From Candidatus Bathyarchaeia archaeon (GTDB taxonomy: Archaea > Thermoproteota > Bathyarchaeia > Bathyarchaeales > Bathycorpusculaceae), in NCBI GenBank assembly GCA_050015395.1, contig JBEKBM010000001.1, positions 1 through 64,000 of the forward strand: DNA of 64,000 nucleotides. The letters are read 5' to 3'. Shown here piece by piece: positions 49,109-59,800 of this stretch. Position numbers and translations under genes: made by a program. The notes beneath the pieces were generated by a model. It did not search any database. It had not been told where the DNA came from and was given only the letters and a program-made list of their open reading frames with translations. Numbering within the stretch: position 1 is the stretch's first letter; every line of letters starts with the position of its first letter.

Positions 49109-50341
49109 ATGGCTAAATACAAAACCCTAGATGATTTTGACGTAAAGAACAAAGTAGTCCTAGTCAGAGTTGACTTTAACTCAGAAATCGACCCTCAAAC
49201 CAAGAAAGTCACAAGCGACGTGCGCATAAGACCATACGCTGAAACAACACTTAAAGAGCTCGCTGAAAAAGGCGCCAAAACCGTTGTCCTAGCACATCAA
49301 GGACGCAAAGGAGACCCAGACTACACACCACTAAAACAACACGCGGAAATACTGCAGAAAATCCTTAAATGTCCAGTAAAATACGTCGACGACGTCTTCG
49401 GCGAAAAAGCAAAAAACGCCATCAAAAACCTGCAAGCCGGAGAAATCCTAGTTCTTGAAAACGTACGCTCCTGGGATGGAGAAACCAAAAACGGCACACC
49501 AGAACAACAAAGCAAAACTGAACTCGTCCAAAACCTCGCACCACTCGCGGATTTGTTCGTTAACGATGCTTTTGCCGCTGCACACCGTGCGCACGTTTCA
49601 ATGGTTGGCTTCACTGCAGTGTTGCCAAGTGCTGCCGGGCGCATTATGGAGCGAGAACTGAAAAGTTTAAGCAAAGCATTGGAAAAGCCTGAGAAGCCGT
49701 CGGTTTACGTTATGGGTGGAGCAAAAGCCGATGACAGCCTTGAAATCAGCAAGTACGTTCTCGGCAACGGCATAGCAGATTACGTACTTGTAGGCGGCGT
49801 AACCTCTCAATTGTTCCTTGCGGCAAAAGGCGTTGATTTGGGCAAGAAGACAATGGATTTTCTCGCAAAAAAAGAGTTAACAGGCTTAATTCCAGGAATT
49901 AAAGCGTTAATGGAGCAGTACGGCGATAAGGTTGTCGTACCAGTTGATGTTGCTTTAGACGTGAATGGTAAACGCAAAGAAATCCCCGTAAGCAAACTGC
50001 CAACTGAGTACTCAATCTTTGACATAGGCGCAAAAACCGTCGAGAACTATTCAAAAATCATCTCGAACGCTAAATCCATCGTTGTCAGCGGACCAATGGG
50101 AGTTTACGAAAACAAAGAATTCAACTATGGCACCAAAAAAGTCTTCGAAGCCATCGCAAACAGCAAAGCCTTCAGCCTAGCAGGCGGCGGAAACACCATC
50201 GCGGCCATACAAGAATACGGCTTAAGCAAAAAAATCGGCTACATAAGCACAGCAGGCGGAGCACTAATCGAATTCTTAATGGGCAAAAAACTGCCAGGCG
50301 TTGCAGCTCTAGAAACAGCTACTAAGACTAAGAAAATCTAA
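49109..50341 (+). CDS. pgk: Phosphoglycerate kinase
   Basis: RVDFNS, AHQGR, LENVR, NDAFAAAHR, GGAK, GPMG, STAGGA. Confidence 0.97.
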   Translation: MAKYKTLDDFDVKNKVVLVRVDFNSEIDPQTKKVTSDVRIRPYAETTLKELAEKGAKTVVLAHQGRKGDPDYTPLKQHAEILQKILKCPVKYVDDVFGEKAKNAIKNLQAGEILVLENVRSWDGETKNGTPEQQSKTELVQNLAPLADLFVNDAFAAAHRAHVSMVGFTAVLPSAAGRIMERELKSLSKALEKPEKPSVYVMGGAKADDSLEISKYVLGNGIADYVLVGGVTSQLFLAAKGVDLGKKTMDFLAKKELTGLIPGIKALMEQYGDKVVVPVDVALDVNGKRKEIPVSKLPTEYSIFDIGAKTVENYSKIISNAKSIVVSGPMGVYENKEFNYGTKKVFEAIANSKAFSLAGGGNTIAAIQEYGLSKKIGYISTAGGALIEFLMGKKLPGVAALETATKTKKI

Positions 50342-50368
50342 CTTTATTTTTCTTTATTTTTTATTGCT

Positions 50369-51112
50369 TTATTTGCTTATTGAAATAATTTCGGTAAGAT
50401 TTTCGCTGATTGACTGGAGATCTTTTGCAATGAAGTCTGGTTTTTGCTGACTATCAAACAGGTCTTTTAAAGTGTTAAATTGTGAGGGGACAAATACTGT
50501 TTTTAGGCCTGCTTGTTTAGCGCCTTTAATGTCTTCGATTGGGCTGTCGCCAATGTAAACTGCTTGGTTCGCTTGGATTTGCAACCTTTTTAGGGCGTCT
50601 TGGAATATGTGGCTGCTTGGTTTCCGCCAGCCGTTTTCTTCTGAAACCACAACTACGTTAAAGAACGTGTTTATTCCTGTTTTTCTTAGGCTTGAGTAGA
50701 TGACTGGTGCATGGGTGAAGTTTGAGATTAAAGCTACTTTACATTGTTCTGCGGCTTGTTTGATTAGTTTTTTTGCGCCTGCCCGTAGCTCAAGCGTGTC
50801 TATGTAGTCTTTGAAGAAAACGTTCAAAGCAGCTTTAATTCGGTAATCACCCGCCGTCACCTTAAAACCGAGGTTGCAGAGTGCTTCTGCCACCCAAACA
50901 GCGTTCGTCACTTCTCTTAGCTGTTCATAGCGTATCTTGCGGTATTTCTCGTGCGCCAAAATGTAAGCTTCCAAAAACCTGTCTTTGGCAACATCAAAGC
51001 CTTCATTTACCAGTGCTGTGTACAGTTTTTCTCTTGAGGCTTCCATCATGTAGTTTTTGCAGTTGACCAGTGTGCCAACGTAATCAAACATTATTGCTTT
51101 AACGCATGCCAT
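50369..51112 (-). CDS. HAD-superfamily hydrolase
   Basis: FDYVGTL, ISN, RKP, IGDS..DI.GA. Confidence 0.9.
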   Translation of the reverse strand: MACVKAIMFDYVGTLVNCKNYMMEASREKLYTALVNEGFDVAKDRFLEAYILAHEKYRKIRYEQLREVTNAVWVAEALCNLGFKVTAGDYRIKAALNVFFKDYIDTLELRAGAKKLIKQAAEQCKVALISNFTHAPVIYSSLRKTGINTFFNVVVVSEENGWRKPSSHIFQDALKRLQIQANQAVYIGDSPIEDIKGAKQAGLKTVFVPSQFNTLKDLFDSQQKPDFIAKDLQSISENLTEIISISK

Positions 51113-51114
51113 TT

Positions 51115-51861
51115 TTAGGGTTCTCTCTTTTTCGCTAAGATGTTGTTGTCGGCTACTTGTTGGATTTTTTTGCCAACAGCGGTGTTAAGCAACTTCTCTA
51201 CGTTACCGATAGCGGCTTCAACCTGTAGGTCAAAGGGAATTTCTCCCAGAAACTTTAACCCTAACTTTCCTGTTTCCTCTGCGATGCCTTTTGCCTTTTC
51301 CATTTTCATGTTTTCGATGACGCCGATAATTGGCATTTTTAACTCGCATAGAAGAATTACTTGTTTTTTTACGGTTTCAAAAGCCAAAAGTGAAGGCGTT
51401 GTAACGATTAGAAATTCTATTCGTTTAATCAGCCTTACCAAATCAAGAACTGCGTCGCCGATGCCTGGCGGCATGTCAATTACTAGAAAATCAAGCGTCC
51501 CCCACTGCGTAACTGATAAAAGCTCAATCAAAGCGTTTGAAACGTCCGCTCCGCGCAGTGGCGCTGGGTTGTCGCCGACAAAGTAAACAAGCGACATGTA
51601 TTCTAAGCCGTGAACTATTGGCGGAATTAAGCCTTTTTCCTCTTTCGGCTGAGTGTTTTGGGCGCCGAGGATTATGTGGGTTGATGGGCTGGTGAAGTCT
51701 AAGTCGAATAAACCGACTTTGCAACCATTATGCGCAAGGGTTAATGCGAGCGTGGTTGCAACCATGCTTTTTCCAACCCCGCCTTTGCCGCTTGAAACGG
51801 CGATAATTCTGCTTATTCGCTTTAAACGCTCGTTAATTATGCTTGTTCTGGGGTCAACCAC
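51115..51861 (-). CDS. Mrp/NBP35 P-loop ATPase
   Basis: SGKGGVGKS, DMPPGIGD, VTTP, IENM. Confidence 0.92.
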   Translation of the reverse strand: MVDPRTSIINERLKRISRIIAVSSGKGGVGKSMVATTLALTLAHNGCKVGLFDLDFTSPSTHIILGAQNTQPKEEKGLIPPIVHGLEYMSLVYFVGDNPAPLRGADVSNALIELLSVTQWGTLDFLVIDMPPGIGDAVLDLVRLIKRIEFLIVTTPSLLAFETVKKQVILLCELKMPIIGVIENMKMEKAKGIAEETGKLGLKFLGEIPFDLQVEAAIGNVEKLLNTAVGKKIQQVADNNILAKKREP

Positions 51862-51863
51862 GA

Positions 51864-52262
51864 TTATCTGGCTCCTTTTATGTTCTCAAGCCAAACCCCA
51901 CGCCCACTGACGATTTCAAAGTCAGGACTGCCACATTTAGGGCACTTAATATAAGTGTGCGCTACCTCAGGAACAAAATGGATAGCTTCAGCAGTGTTTT
52001 TATCAATTTTTTTAATATTAAACTGCCAAGAGGTTCCACAAACCCTGCACTTAAGCGTTGACTTAGCTTTCAAAATGTGAAATTTAGCGTTCTTAAAAAT
52101 TTCTGTTTTCATTTGCGAGAGGGCAAAGCGCAGAATATCAGGCTCAACTTGCTGAAGCTCCCCCACCTTGATGGTGACTTCCGTAATTTCCTTCAACTTT
52201 TCCTTCTCAGCAATCTCCTTCGCCGACGCGAGGATTGCTTCAGCTAAAGCCCATTCATGCAT
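51864..52262 (-). CDS. hypA: Hydrogenase nickel incorporation protein HypA
   Basis: MHE start, CRVCG and CPKCGS, archaeal IHFVPE insertion. Confidence 0.95.
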   Translation of the reverse strand: MHEWALAEAILASAKEIAEKEKLKEITEVTIKVGELQQVEPDILRFALSQMKTEIFKNAKFHILKAKSTLKCRVCGTSWQFNIKKIDKNTAEAIHFVPEVAHTYIKCPKCGSPDFEIVSGRGVWLENIKGAR

Positions 52263-52554
52263 AAACTAACCTAACTTTATGCAACTTTAAAAGAATATGG
52301 TAATAAATCTCGGTTTTAAAGAGAAAATCGCGTGTTCTATTTATATTTGCTACCGTAAGCTTTTCAAAATTAAGACACCGAACACAGGCAAAAATGTATC
52401 TACAAAACGTATTGACGTTTACCCTCCCGGTAGGTACCTGTGCGCACACACATTAAAGCTAACCCACTTGCGAATCTACTGAGGTAACGGCTAGCTTTAA
52501 ATCAGCTTTATTGCTTATTTTTAGCTATCCTTTGCGTAGAAACTGGTGATTTAT

Positions 52555-53109
52555 ATGGAAAAACAAATCAAAATTCTCGCCTTCGCTGGAAGCCTAAGAA
52601 AAGGCTCATACAACAAAGCCTTAGTCCGTGCGGCTGTGGAGCTTGCACCTGAAAATGTAGCAATGGAAGTTTTCGATTTAGAAGGGATTCCACCCTACAA
52701 TCAAGACCTTGAAAATACCCTACCAGAAAAGGTAACTGAGTTCAAAGAAAAAATCAGAACTGCAGACGCGCTTTTGATTGCCACTCCAGAATATAACTAT
52801 TCAATTCCAGGAGTTTTAAAGAACGCGATTGATTGGGCTTCGAGGCCTAAACAAGGAAATCCGTTTGAAGGCAAACCCGTCGCAATCATGAGCGCATCAA
52901 TCGGAAAGCTTGGCGGAGCCAGAGCACAATACCACCTACGCCAATCTTTTGTTTTTCTTAACATGCACCCAGTTAACCAGCCTGAAGTCATGCTGGCCTC
53001 TGCCGCTGAAAACGTGGATGCCAATGGAAGGTTAACTAACGAACAAACACGAACGCTCATCAGGCAACTCCTTGAAGCGCTGGTAACATGGACTAATAGA
53101 CTAAAATGA
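52555..53109 (+). CDS. NADPH-dependent FMN reductase (ChrR-like)
   Basis: GSLRKGSYN, TPEYNYSIPGVLKNAIDW, GGARAQYHLRQ. Confidence 0.95.
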   Translation: MEKQIKILAFAGSLRKGSYNKALVRAAVELAPENVAMEVFDLEGIPPYNQDLENTLPEKVTEFKEKIRTADALLIATPEYNYSIPGVLKNAIDWASRPKQGNPFEGKPVAIMSASIGKLGGARAQYHLRQSFVFLNMHPVNQPEVMLASAAENVDANGRLTNEQTRTLIRQLLEALVTWTNRLK

Positions 53110-53133
53110 AGCCATAGTAAAATTTGATTAACG

Positions 53134-53359
53134 GTATGTATTTAGCTCTTGGCTTTTGTCTTTAGGGTATTTGTGTGTGCGCAACAGCCTACCCCCGGTC
53201 TACTAGATGCACCTAATATGCCCCAAATATGATTCAACATAGTTCAACATAGAGCGAAGACCGCGCACTTTGCATGCAGAACGGTGCTTTTCAACATAGA
53301 AAAGTCTGTTTTTTAATGTAGAAAAAAAGCACTAAAAAAGAAAAAACAAGAGCTAAATA
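53134..53359 (+). mobile_element. MITE-like element, copy 3
   Basis: Same TIRs as 17664-17894 and an identical core (AGAGCGAAGACCGCGCACTTTGCATGCAGAACGGTGCTTTTCAACATAGAAAAGTCTG). Confidence 0.8.
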
Positions 53360-53448
53360 AACGCTATATGCGAATTTAATGTTTTTAGCGCTGATTTTGC
53401 GAAGCCTTAAAATGGTTAGAGACCACGTTAGGGATTAGGCGCTAAGCT

Positions 53449-54741
53449 TTGAAAGTCATAGCTGACCTGCACATTCATGGCCGTTACAGTCGGGCAACAA
53501 GCGAGCAAATGAGCATTCCCGAAATCGCTCGCTACTCAAAAATTAAAGGGTTAAACCTTGTAGGAACAGGCGACTTTACGCATCCGCAGTGGCTCAAAGA
53601 AATCAATGAAACCCTAACGCCCGAAGCGGATACAGGCCTCTTCAAGTTAACCAAGAATGTGGATTCTCCGGTTCGTTTTATGCTTACAACCGAAGTGTGC
53701 ACTATCTTCGATTATAAGGGCGAATCCAAGAAAGTACACCACGTCATTCTAACTCCGAGCAAGGAGACAGCTGTCCAAATTAATGAGGCGCTTAAACACT
53801 TTGGCGATTTAGCCTCAGACGGCAGACCGATCCTAAACATGACCGCTCCACAGCTCGTTGAACAAGTAATGGCTGTCTCAAGCGAAAACATGATTTTCCC
53901 AGCACACGCTTGGACACCATGGTTTAGCATTTTCGGCGCCTTCAGCGGCTTCGACACCATCGAAGATTGCTATCAGGATATGACAAAACATATTCACGCC
54001 TTGGAAACGGGTTTAAGCAGCGACCCACCTATGAACTGGCGCCTCAGCAACCTGGACAAGTTCGCTTTGGTTTCGAATAGCGACTGCCACAGTTTTTGGC
54101 CATGGCGCATCGGCAGGGAAGCCAACGTTTTTGAGCTAGAAAAATTCAGCTACCAGCAAGTTACAGGTGCCATAATAAGCAATGACCCTGCACAGTTCAA
54201 GTTTACCATTGAGGTTGACCCTGCTTACGGGAAATATCATTGGACTGGCCACCGAAACTGCAAAGTGTCCTTATCCCCGCAAGAAGCCATGAAATTCAAC
54301 AATGTTTGCCCAGTTTGCCGCAGAAGACTAACCAAAGGCGTAGAGCAACGCGTTGAAGAACTTGCAGACAGACCCATAAACTTCAAACGTGAAGGTGCAC
54401 CGGGGTTTTTGCGGTTGCTTCCACTCTCCGAAATAATCGCGGCAGTGCTGGGCACTGATTCGCCTTCGACACAGGCGGTTTGGAAAAACTATAATTTGCT
54501 TGTTGAGAAATTTGGGGATGAGTACTCTGTGCTGATTGACACGCCAATGGAAGCTCTGGTTAAAGTGGTGGATGCGCCGATTGCCGAAGCCGTCGTTAAA
54601 GTTAGAAATGGCACAGCTAAGGTTACACCAGGATACGATGGAGTTTACGGGCAGCTTGTTTTAGGCGTTGATGCTCCAGCAGTTAAACCTAAGATCGCAC
54701 ATGGAACCGTTAAGCAGTTAAATATTGCCGATTTCTGGTAA
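53449..54741 (+). CDS. Endonuclease Q / TIGR00375 PHP-family protein
   Basis: DLHIH.RYSRATS, GTGDFTHP, PAHAWTPW, ETGLSSD, SNSDCHS, GKYH.TGHR.C, CPVC, PGYDGVYG. Confidence 0.92.
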   Translation: MKVIADLHIHGRYSRATSEQMSIPEIARYSKIKGLNLVGTGDFTHPQWLKEINETLTPEADTGLFKLTKNVDSPVRFMLTTEVCTIFDYKGESKKVHHVILTPSKETAVQINEALKHFGDLASDGRPILNMTAPQLVEQVMAVSSENMIFPAHAWTPWFSIFGAFSGFDTIEDCYQDMTKHIHALETGLSSDPPMNWRLSNLDKFALVSNSDCHSFWPWRIGREANVFELEKFSYQQVTGAIISNDPAQFKFTIEVDPAYGKYHWTGHRNCKVSLSPQEAMKFNNVCPVCRRRLTKGVEQRVEELADRPINFKREGAPGFLRLLPLSEIIAAVLGTDSPSTQAVWKNYNLLVEKFGDEYSVLIDTPMEALVKVVDAPIAEAVVKVRNGTAKVTPGYDGVYGQLVLGVDAPAVKPKIAHGTVKQLNIADFW

Positions 54742-54848
54742 TGGAAAATTCCAAGTAAGCGTTATCCAGCCATTACGAAAACGAAATGATTTAATTCCCT
54801 CAAATAATTCTAGTTAAAACGTTTAGCTATACAAAGGATAGATTACTC

Positions 54849-56234
54849 TTGAAAGACCTTCTAACCAAAATCAACAACACAGCCACCCAAAAATATGGAG
54901 CCCAGTACGCTGAAGCCCGAGCACAAAAACTGTTCAAAACAATGCTCACCCTCAAAGAGGAGCGCGTTGAAGCAGCGAAACAGGGCATTGAAAATGGCGT
55001 TGCCTTGCGTGTGCTTGTGAATGGCGCGTGGGGCTTCGCTTCTGTCGGCTCATTTGACGGCGAAATTTTGGAGAGCGCTGTTTCTGATGCTTGTAGGATG
55101 GCTAAAATGGCTAGTTCACGGTTGAAAACGCCGATTAAGCTTGCCGAAGCTAAAGTGGTTAATGACCGCGTCGAGGCAAAACCGAAAAAGAACCCGGCAG
55201 ATATTTTGATGGAGGATAAAATTAAAACTGCTTTGGCTGTAAACAAGGCAAGTTTGGGCTTTGATAAGCGAGTGAAAAGTTGCACTATAGATTACTTTGA
55301 TTTGACAGGAACTAGCTATTTTGTGAACAGCGATGGCACAAGCATAGAGCAGGATAAAATGTATGTTTGGGCAAGAATAACTGCTTCAGCCTTAAACGAG
55401 GGTGTTTTCACTTTTAGTCGTGAAGAAATAGGCTCTACAGCAGGCTACGAAGTATTCGACGAGCAAGCTCCCGACGAGTTGGGCGGAAAAGTTGCGAAAC
55501 GCGCGATTGAACAGTTAAGTGCTAAATCGCTTAAAGGCGGAACATTCCCAGTTGTTTTAGGTCCAAACGTTGTGGGCGTTTTTGTTCATGAAGCGTTTGG
55601 GCATTTAGCTGAAGCTGACTTGGCTCTTTCGGGCGGTGTTTTAGCAAGTAACATGGACAAAAAAATCGGTTCAGACTTGGTAACGTTTTATGATGATGGC
55701 ACAATCGAGGGAGCTTTTGGCGCTTTCAAGTATGACGATGAAGGAGTTCCAACCCAGAAAACGCTTCTCATAAAAGACGGAGTAGTCGCTGGTTTGATGC
55801 ATAACCGGGAAACAGCGCAAAAATTCAATGCTGAACCGACGGGTAATGCGAGGGCTGAAGATTTCCGTGTGGAACCAATCATCCGTATGCGTTGCACTTA
55901 CATGGCGCCAAGAGACCGTTCTTTTGAAGAATTAATCGAAAAAGTAAAGCAAGGATACTACTTTAAGAGTTTTAGGGGTGGGCAAGCTAACCTTGACGGC
56001 ACCTTCCAAGTTGGCATCCAAGAAGGCTACGAAATAGTCAACGGAGAAATAGGTGCACCAGTACGCGATGCGTCAATAAGCGGCAATACGCTTGAAACCT
56101 TGCATAAGATTGATGCTGTGGGAAAAGATTTCATGTTAGACCCGGGAAGGTGCGGGAAAGGCCAAACAGCCTTCATTTGCGATGGTGGACCGCACATTAG
56201 AGTTAAAGAGGTGGTTGTTGGTGGCAGTGCTTAA
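54849..56234 (+). CDS. tldD: TldD-family metalloprotease
   Basis: HEAFGH.AEAD, DDEG, TGNAR, CGK.Q, GGPH. Confidence 0.93.
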   Translation: MKDLLTKINNTATQKYGAQYAEARAQKLFKTMLTLKEERVEAAKQGIENGVALRVLVNGAWGFASVGSFDGEILESAVSDACRMAKMASSRLKTPIKLAEAKVVNDRVEAKPKKNPADILMEDKIKTALAVNKASLGFDKRVKSCTIDYFDLTGTSYFVNSDGTSIEQDKMYVWARITASALNEGVFTFSREEIGSTAGYEVFDEQAPDELGGKVAKRAIEQLSAKSLKGGTFPVVLGPNVVGVFVHEAFGHLAEADLALSGGVLASNMDKKIGSDLVTFYDDGTIEGAFGAFKYDDEGVPTQKTLLIKDGVVAGLMHNRETAQKFNAEPTGNARAEDFRVEPIIRMRCTYMAPRDRSFEELIEKVKQGYYFKSFRGGQANLDGTFQVGIQEGYEIVNGEIGAPVRDASISGNTLETLHKIDAVGKDFMLDPGRCGKGQTAFICDGGPHIRVKEVVVGGSA

Positions 56235-56244
56235 AAAAGATACA

Positions 56245-57585
56245 ATGGTAAGTTTAGCGGAAAACGCGGTAAATGAAGCCTTGAAAAGTGGAGCCTCTGA
56301 AGCTGAAGCGTACGTTTACGAGGGGCAAGCAACAAACATCGGCATTGAACTGGGACAAATCAGCAAAACCAACAGGATAATTGACCGAGGCGTAGGCATC
56401 CGCGTGGCCACAAACAAAGCAGTAGGTTTTGCTTACACAAACATCATTGATGACCAAAAAGCAGTTGAAAGCGTGATTCTTAGGGCTTTAAATGCTGCAA
56501 AAGCAAGCAAACCTGACGCAGACTGGAAGGGACTTCCGCAAAAGAAACCTTACGCTTCATTGGAAAAAACTTTTGATGATAAAGTTGTTGAGCTTGGGTC
56601 AGAGGAGCTAGTTAATCTAGCTTCAACCATGTTGGACTCTGCTGGGCAAGTTGATAAACGCGTTTTCCCGATTGAGGGTGGAATAGGCAGCGCTTACATC
56701 TCTAACGCCATCGCTAACTCGAACGGAATCTCAGGTTTTGATAAGGGAACGGTAATTGAATGCAGTTTAGCGACGTTGGCTAAGGAAGGCAGTGCAGTCA
56801 CGCCGGTTTGTTTTGAATTTAACGCTTCAAGAAACTATGATATTGATCCAGTTTGGGTTGGAAAAGAAGCAGCGAAACTGGCGGTTTCAGCGTTAAAAAC
56901 TAAGTCAGTTGAAACCAAATCCACTAAGCTTATAATGACGCAGTTTGCATTGCAGGACCTCTTCGCTTACACGCTAGTTAACGCGGTTAGAGCCGATAGT
57001 GTCCAGAGAAATCAATCTCCGTTTAAAGGAAAAATCGGAGAAAAAGTCGCTTCGGAAAACCTTACAATTTACGACGACGGCTTATTCCCCGGCGGTCTCC
57101 GCACGATGGCTTTTGACGGCGAAGGAGTGCCTCATCAGAAGACAGCGGTCATAGAAAAAGGCGTTTTGCAAAATTTCCTGTATGATAACTATTCGGCAAA
57201 AAAAGATGGAAAAGAGAGCAGTGGGAACGCTGCCAGAGCAGGTTACCTGTCAACACCCAGTATCGACACCACAAACTTCCACGTTATGCCAGGAAACAAA
57301 ACATCCGACGAAATGCTAAGCGAAGTGGATGACGGCTTAATAATCTATTACCTACAAGGCGCTCACAGCAGCAATCCTGTCAGCGGCGAATTCTCAGTCG
57401 TTGCAACCCCAGCTTGGAAAATAAGGAAAGGCGAAATAGTCCACTGCAGCCGAGGCGTAATGTTGGCAGGCAACATTTTTGAGGTGCTGAAAAACGTGAG
57501 TTTGGTCGGTAGTAATGAGCGGCAGATGGGCCAGTTGATTTCTCCGTGGATTCAAGTTGAAAATGTGCGAGTGATTGGAAAATAG
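56245..57585 (+). CDS. pmbA: PmbA/TldE-family protein (start may be 56221)
   Basis: [19 protein letters not shown]; follows tldD. Confidence 0.9.
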   Translation: MVSLAENAVNEALKSGASEAEAYVYEGQATNIGIELGQISKTNRIIDRGVGIRVATNKAVGFAYTNIIDDQKAVESVILRALNAAKASKPDADWKGLPQKKPYASLEKTFDDKVVELGSEELVNLASTMLDSAGQVDKRVFPIEGGIGSAYISNAIANSNGISGFDKGTVIECSLATLAKEGSAVTPVCFEFNASRNYDIDPVWVGKEAAKLAVSALKTKSVETKSTKLIMTQFALQDLFAYTLVNAVRADSVQRNQSPFKGKIGEKVASENLTIYDDGLFPGGLRTMAFDGEGVPHQKTAVIEKGVLQNFLYDNYSAKKDGKESSGNAARAGYLSTPSIDTTNFHVMPGNKTSDEMLSEVDDGLIIYYLQGAHSSNPVSGEFSVVATPAWKIRKGEIVHCSRGVMLAGNIFEVLKNVSLVGSNERQMGQLISPWIQVENVRVIGK

Positions 57586-57647
57586 CGTTGATGTCAAGTT
57601 TTTTGATTGCATAGTGAAAGAGAGGTACAGCCTTGCTTATAGGGCAA

Positions 57648-58853
57648 TTAAGCCCAAAAACTCTTTGAATACTCACCTAAAACGCCCTCGTATATAAGCT
57701 TGGTTTGCTGAGCGATTTTTTCCCAATTGTATTTTTCTAGGACTCTCTTGTAGGCGTTTTCTCTGATGCGTGTTCGGTAATTGTCATCAAGCAAAACCTT
57801 TGTTATTCCCCACGCTAAGGAATCAGGGTTATTTGGGTAAACTTTAACCCCTGTCACGTCATGCTCGATGATTTCGGATAAACCGCCAGTGTCAGATGCA
57901 ACCACTGGGCTTTTCGCTGCCATAGCTTCCAATGCGACGATTCCGAACGGTTCAAAAAGCGACGGCACAACGGACACGTCAGCGCATTTCTGAAGTTTAA
58001 GCAAAGTTTGTTCATCGAGAAAGCCTTCAAAAAGCACTTTATGCTCAAGTCCCATGCTGCGGACAATGTTTAACAGTTGCTCTTTCATGTAGCCGCTACC
58101 TACAATTATGAATTTAGCGTCAACTTTCTCCAAAATTTTGGGAGCAGCGTTAACTAATACGTGGATGCCTTTTTCATAAACTAAGCGTCCTACAAAGAGC
58201 ACTATTTTTTCTTCAGGCAAAGCAAACTTGCTTCGGAAATCCTTTAAATCGCCGTCAATATCGTTATAACAAAGCGTGTTTACGCCATTAGGAACCATAA
58301 CTAACTTATTGCTTGGAAGCCCGAAAGCCCATTTAACGTGTGAAATCATGTATTCACTGCAACAGATTACTCTCCAGGCTTCGTATGTGATCCATGCTTC
58401 AGTTTCATGAATCATTTTTTCAGTGCTAGTATGTAATCCATCTCTTCTACCTATTTCAGTTGAATGCATGGTTACTAAAAGGGGCTTTCGGAAAACATGT
58501 TTAAGTCCTATTCCGGCGTTTGCCACAAGCCAGTCATGAGCGTGAAAAACATCTATTTTGTCTCCGATTTTTCTTGTTAATGCAGCTGTTTCCTTTTGCA
58601 TGTTCAAGTTCATTAGGTAAACCCATGTGGCGAAATCCGGCGCTGGATTCTTGTAAGAGTCAATGCGGTAAACTTCTACGTCATCAATTACTTCATGTGA
58701 GGGTGCATCTGGAAAATCGCAGGTTACCACATAAACCTTTACACCTTGCTTTGCTAAACTTTTTGATAAAAAGTAAACGTGCGGTGAAATTCCTCCGATT
58801 ACTCTAGGCGGGAACTCCCAGCTGAGCATCATAACAGCTAAATCGTCTTTCAT
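57648..58853 (-). CDS. GT4 glycosyltransferase (glycogen-synthase-like)
   Basis: WEFPP..GG, HAHDW, HSTE.GR, GRLVYEKG, EPFGIVALEAM. Confidence 0.92.
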   Translation of the reverse strand: MKDDLAVMMLSWEFPPRVIGGISPHVYFLSKSLAKQGVKVYVVTCDFPDAPSHEVIDDVEVYRIDSYKNPAPDFATWVYLMNLNMQKETAALTRKIGDKIDVFHAHDWLVANAGIGLKHVFRKPLLVTMHSTEIGRRDGLHTSTEKMIHETEAWITYEAWRVICCSEYMISHVKWAFGLPSNKLVMVPNGVNTLCYNDIDGDLKDFRSKFALPEEKIVLFVGRLVYEKGIHVLVNAAPKILEKVDAKFIIVGSGYMKEQLLNIVRSMGLEHKVLFEGFLDEQTLLKLQKCADVSVVPSLFEPFGIVALEAMAAKSPVVASDTGGLSEIIEHDVTGVKVYPNNPDSLAWGITKVLLDDNYRTRIRENAYKRVLEKYNWEKIAQQTKLIYEGVLGEYSKSFWA

Positions 58854-59476
58854 TTACCCTTTAAGCCTCCAGCCACGTTATTGTATAGTTTGAGGATTTC
58901 TTTTATCCAAGAATTTGAGGTTGTGGAGATAACTACTATTTTTTCTTTGGGCACCTTGTAAATTCTAATGACCTCGTCACGCATCCACTCTGATTTAACG
59001 CTGATTTTTTCTGCCTCATAAAAACCCAGCCACTCGATACTTTTAATCGCCATGTTATACGGCGTATTCACAGCTTGAGACCGATGATCCTCCAAACTTT
59101 CAACAGAATAAACAAAAGGTATGCCAAGCCCATTTTTTAAAGTGACTGCTGCTGGAATAAAATGCCAGTCATAAACATCTAAGAGGTTTATTTGCTTGTT
59201 AGCTTGATAGTAAATGTTGGCTGCTGCTCTTTCAACTTCTTGGTTTAGCGTTAAAACCCACGTTAAAACTCCAATATGGGTTCGAACAGGGTTTGATACC
59301 CGAACGGTTTGTACTCCTGTCGGTTCTTGGGCTGAACCAGTTATAGAATCGTCATAAGTTACAACGTTGACTTCCACGTTATTAGCGGCGAGTTGAGTGG
59401 ATAAGGCTTTTACGTATTCTGAGAATTTGCCTACCACTCTTGGTGGATACTCCCATGAAAAAATAATGATTCGCAT
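58850..59476 (-). CDS. Stand-alone GT4 N-terminal domain, degenerate
   Basis: WEYPP retained, HAHDW replaced by DVYDW, no C-terminal domain. Confidence 0.75.
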   Translation of the reverse strand: MRIIIFSWEYPPRVVGKFSEYVKALSTQLAANNVEVNVVTYDDSITGSAQEPTGVQTVRVSNPVRTHIGVLTWVLTLNQEVERAAANIYYQANKQINLLDVYDWHFIPAAVTLKNGLGIPFVYSVESLEDHRSQAVNTPYNMAIKSIEWLGFYEAEKISVKSEWMRDEVIRIYKVPKEKIVVISTTSNSWIKEILKLYNNVAGGLKGK

Positions 59477-59483
59477 GGTTCCA

Positions 59484-59747
59484 CTACGTGAAAAGCGAGC
59501 AGACCTTAATTATTCCTCTTCCAGTAAGATAGTACCATTTTTTTCCTTCATTATCAACGAAGCTTTCAGCGAAGCCTTCTGACTTGTACCTATCCAAAAT
59601 GCTCTCAATCTCGGTTGGGTCTTTCTGCATAAGACTAGCTACGTCGTCGCCTCTTCTTGCCAAATCAGCGGCTGTAGCGCATAAGTTATGCAGTGTTTGC
59701 AAAACTTTGTCTGGAAATGGAAGTTCTTCTCTCATTTTTAATAGCAC
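59484..59747 (-). CDS. Small winged-helix protein
   Basis: ...EGFAESF...KWYYLTGRG. Confidence 0.6.
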   Translation of the reverse strand: MLLKMREELPFPDKVLQTLHNLCATAADLARRGDDVASLMQKDPTEIESILDRYKSEGFAESFVDNEGKKWYYLTGRGIIKVCSLFT

Positions 59748-59800
59748 CCTACCGTCAATAAATAAGACGGCATTTCTTATAAACGCATGCGACGATGGTT

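Noticed and set aside
51115-52262. hypA-mrp pair without hydrogenase genes
   Set aside because: A known archaeal arrangement (e.g. Thermococcales), not novel.
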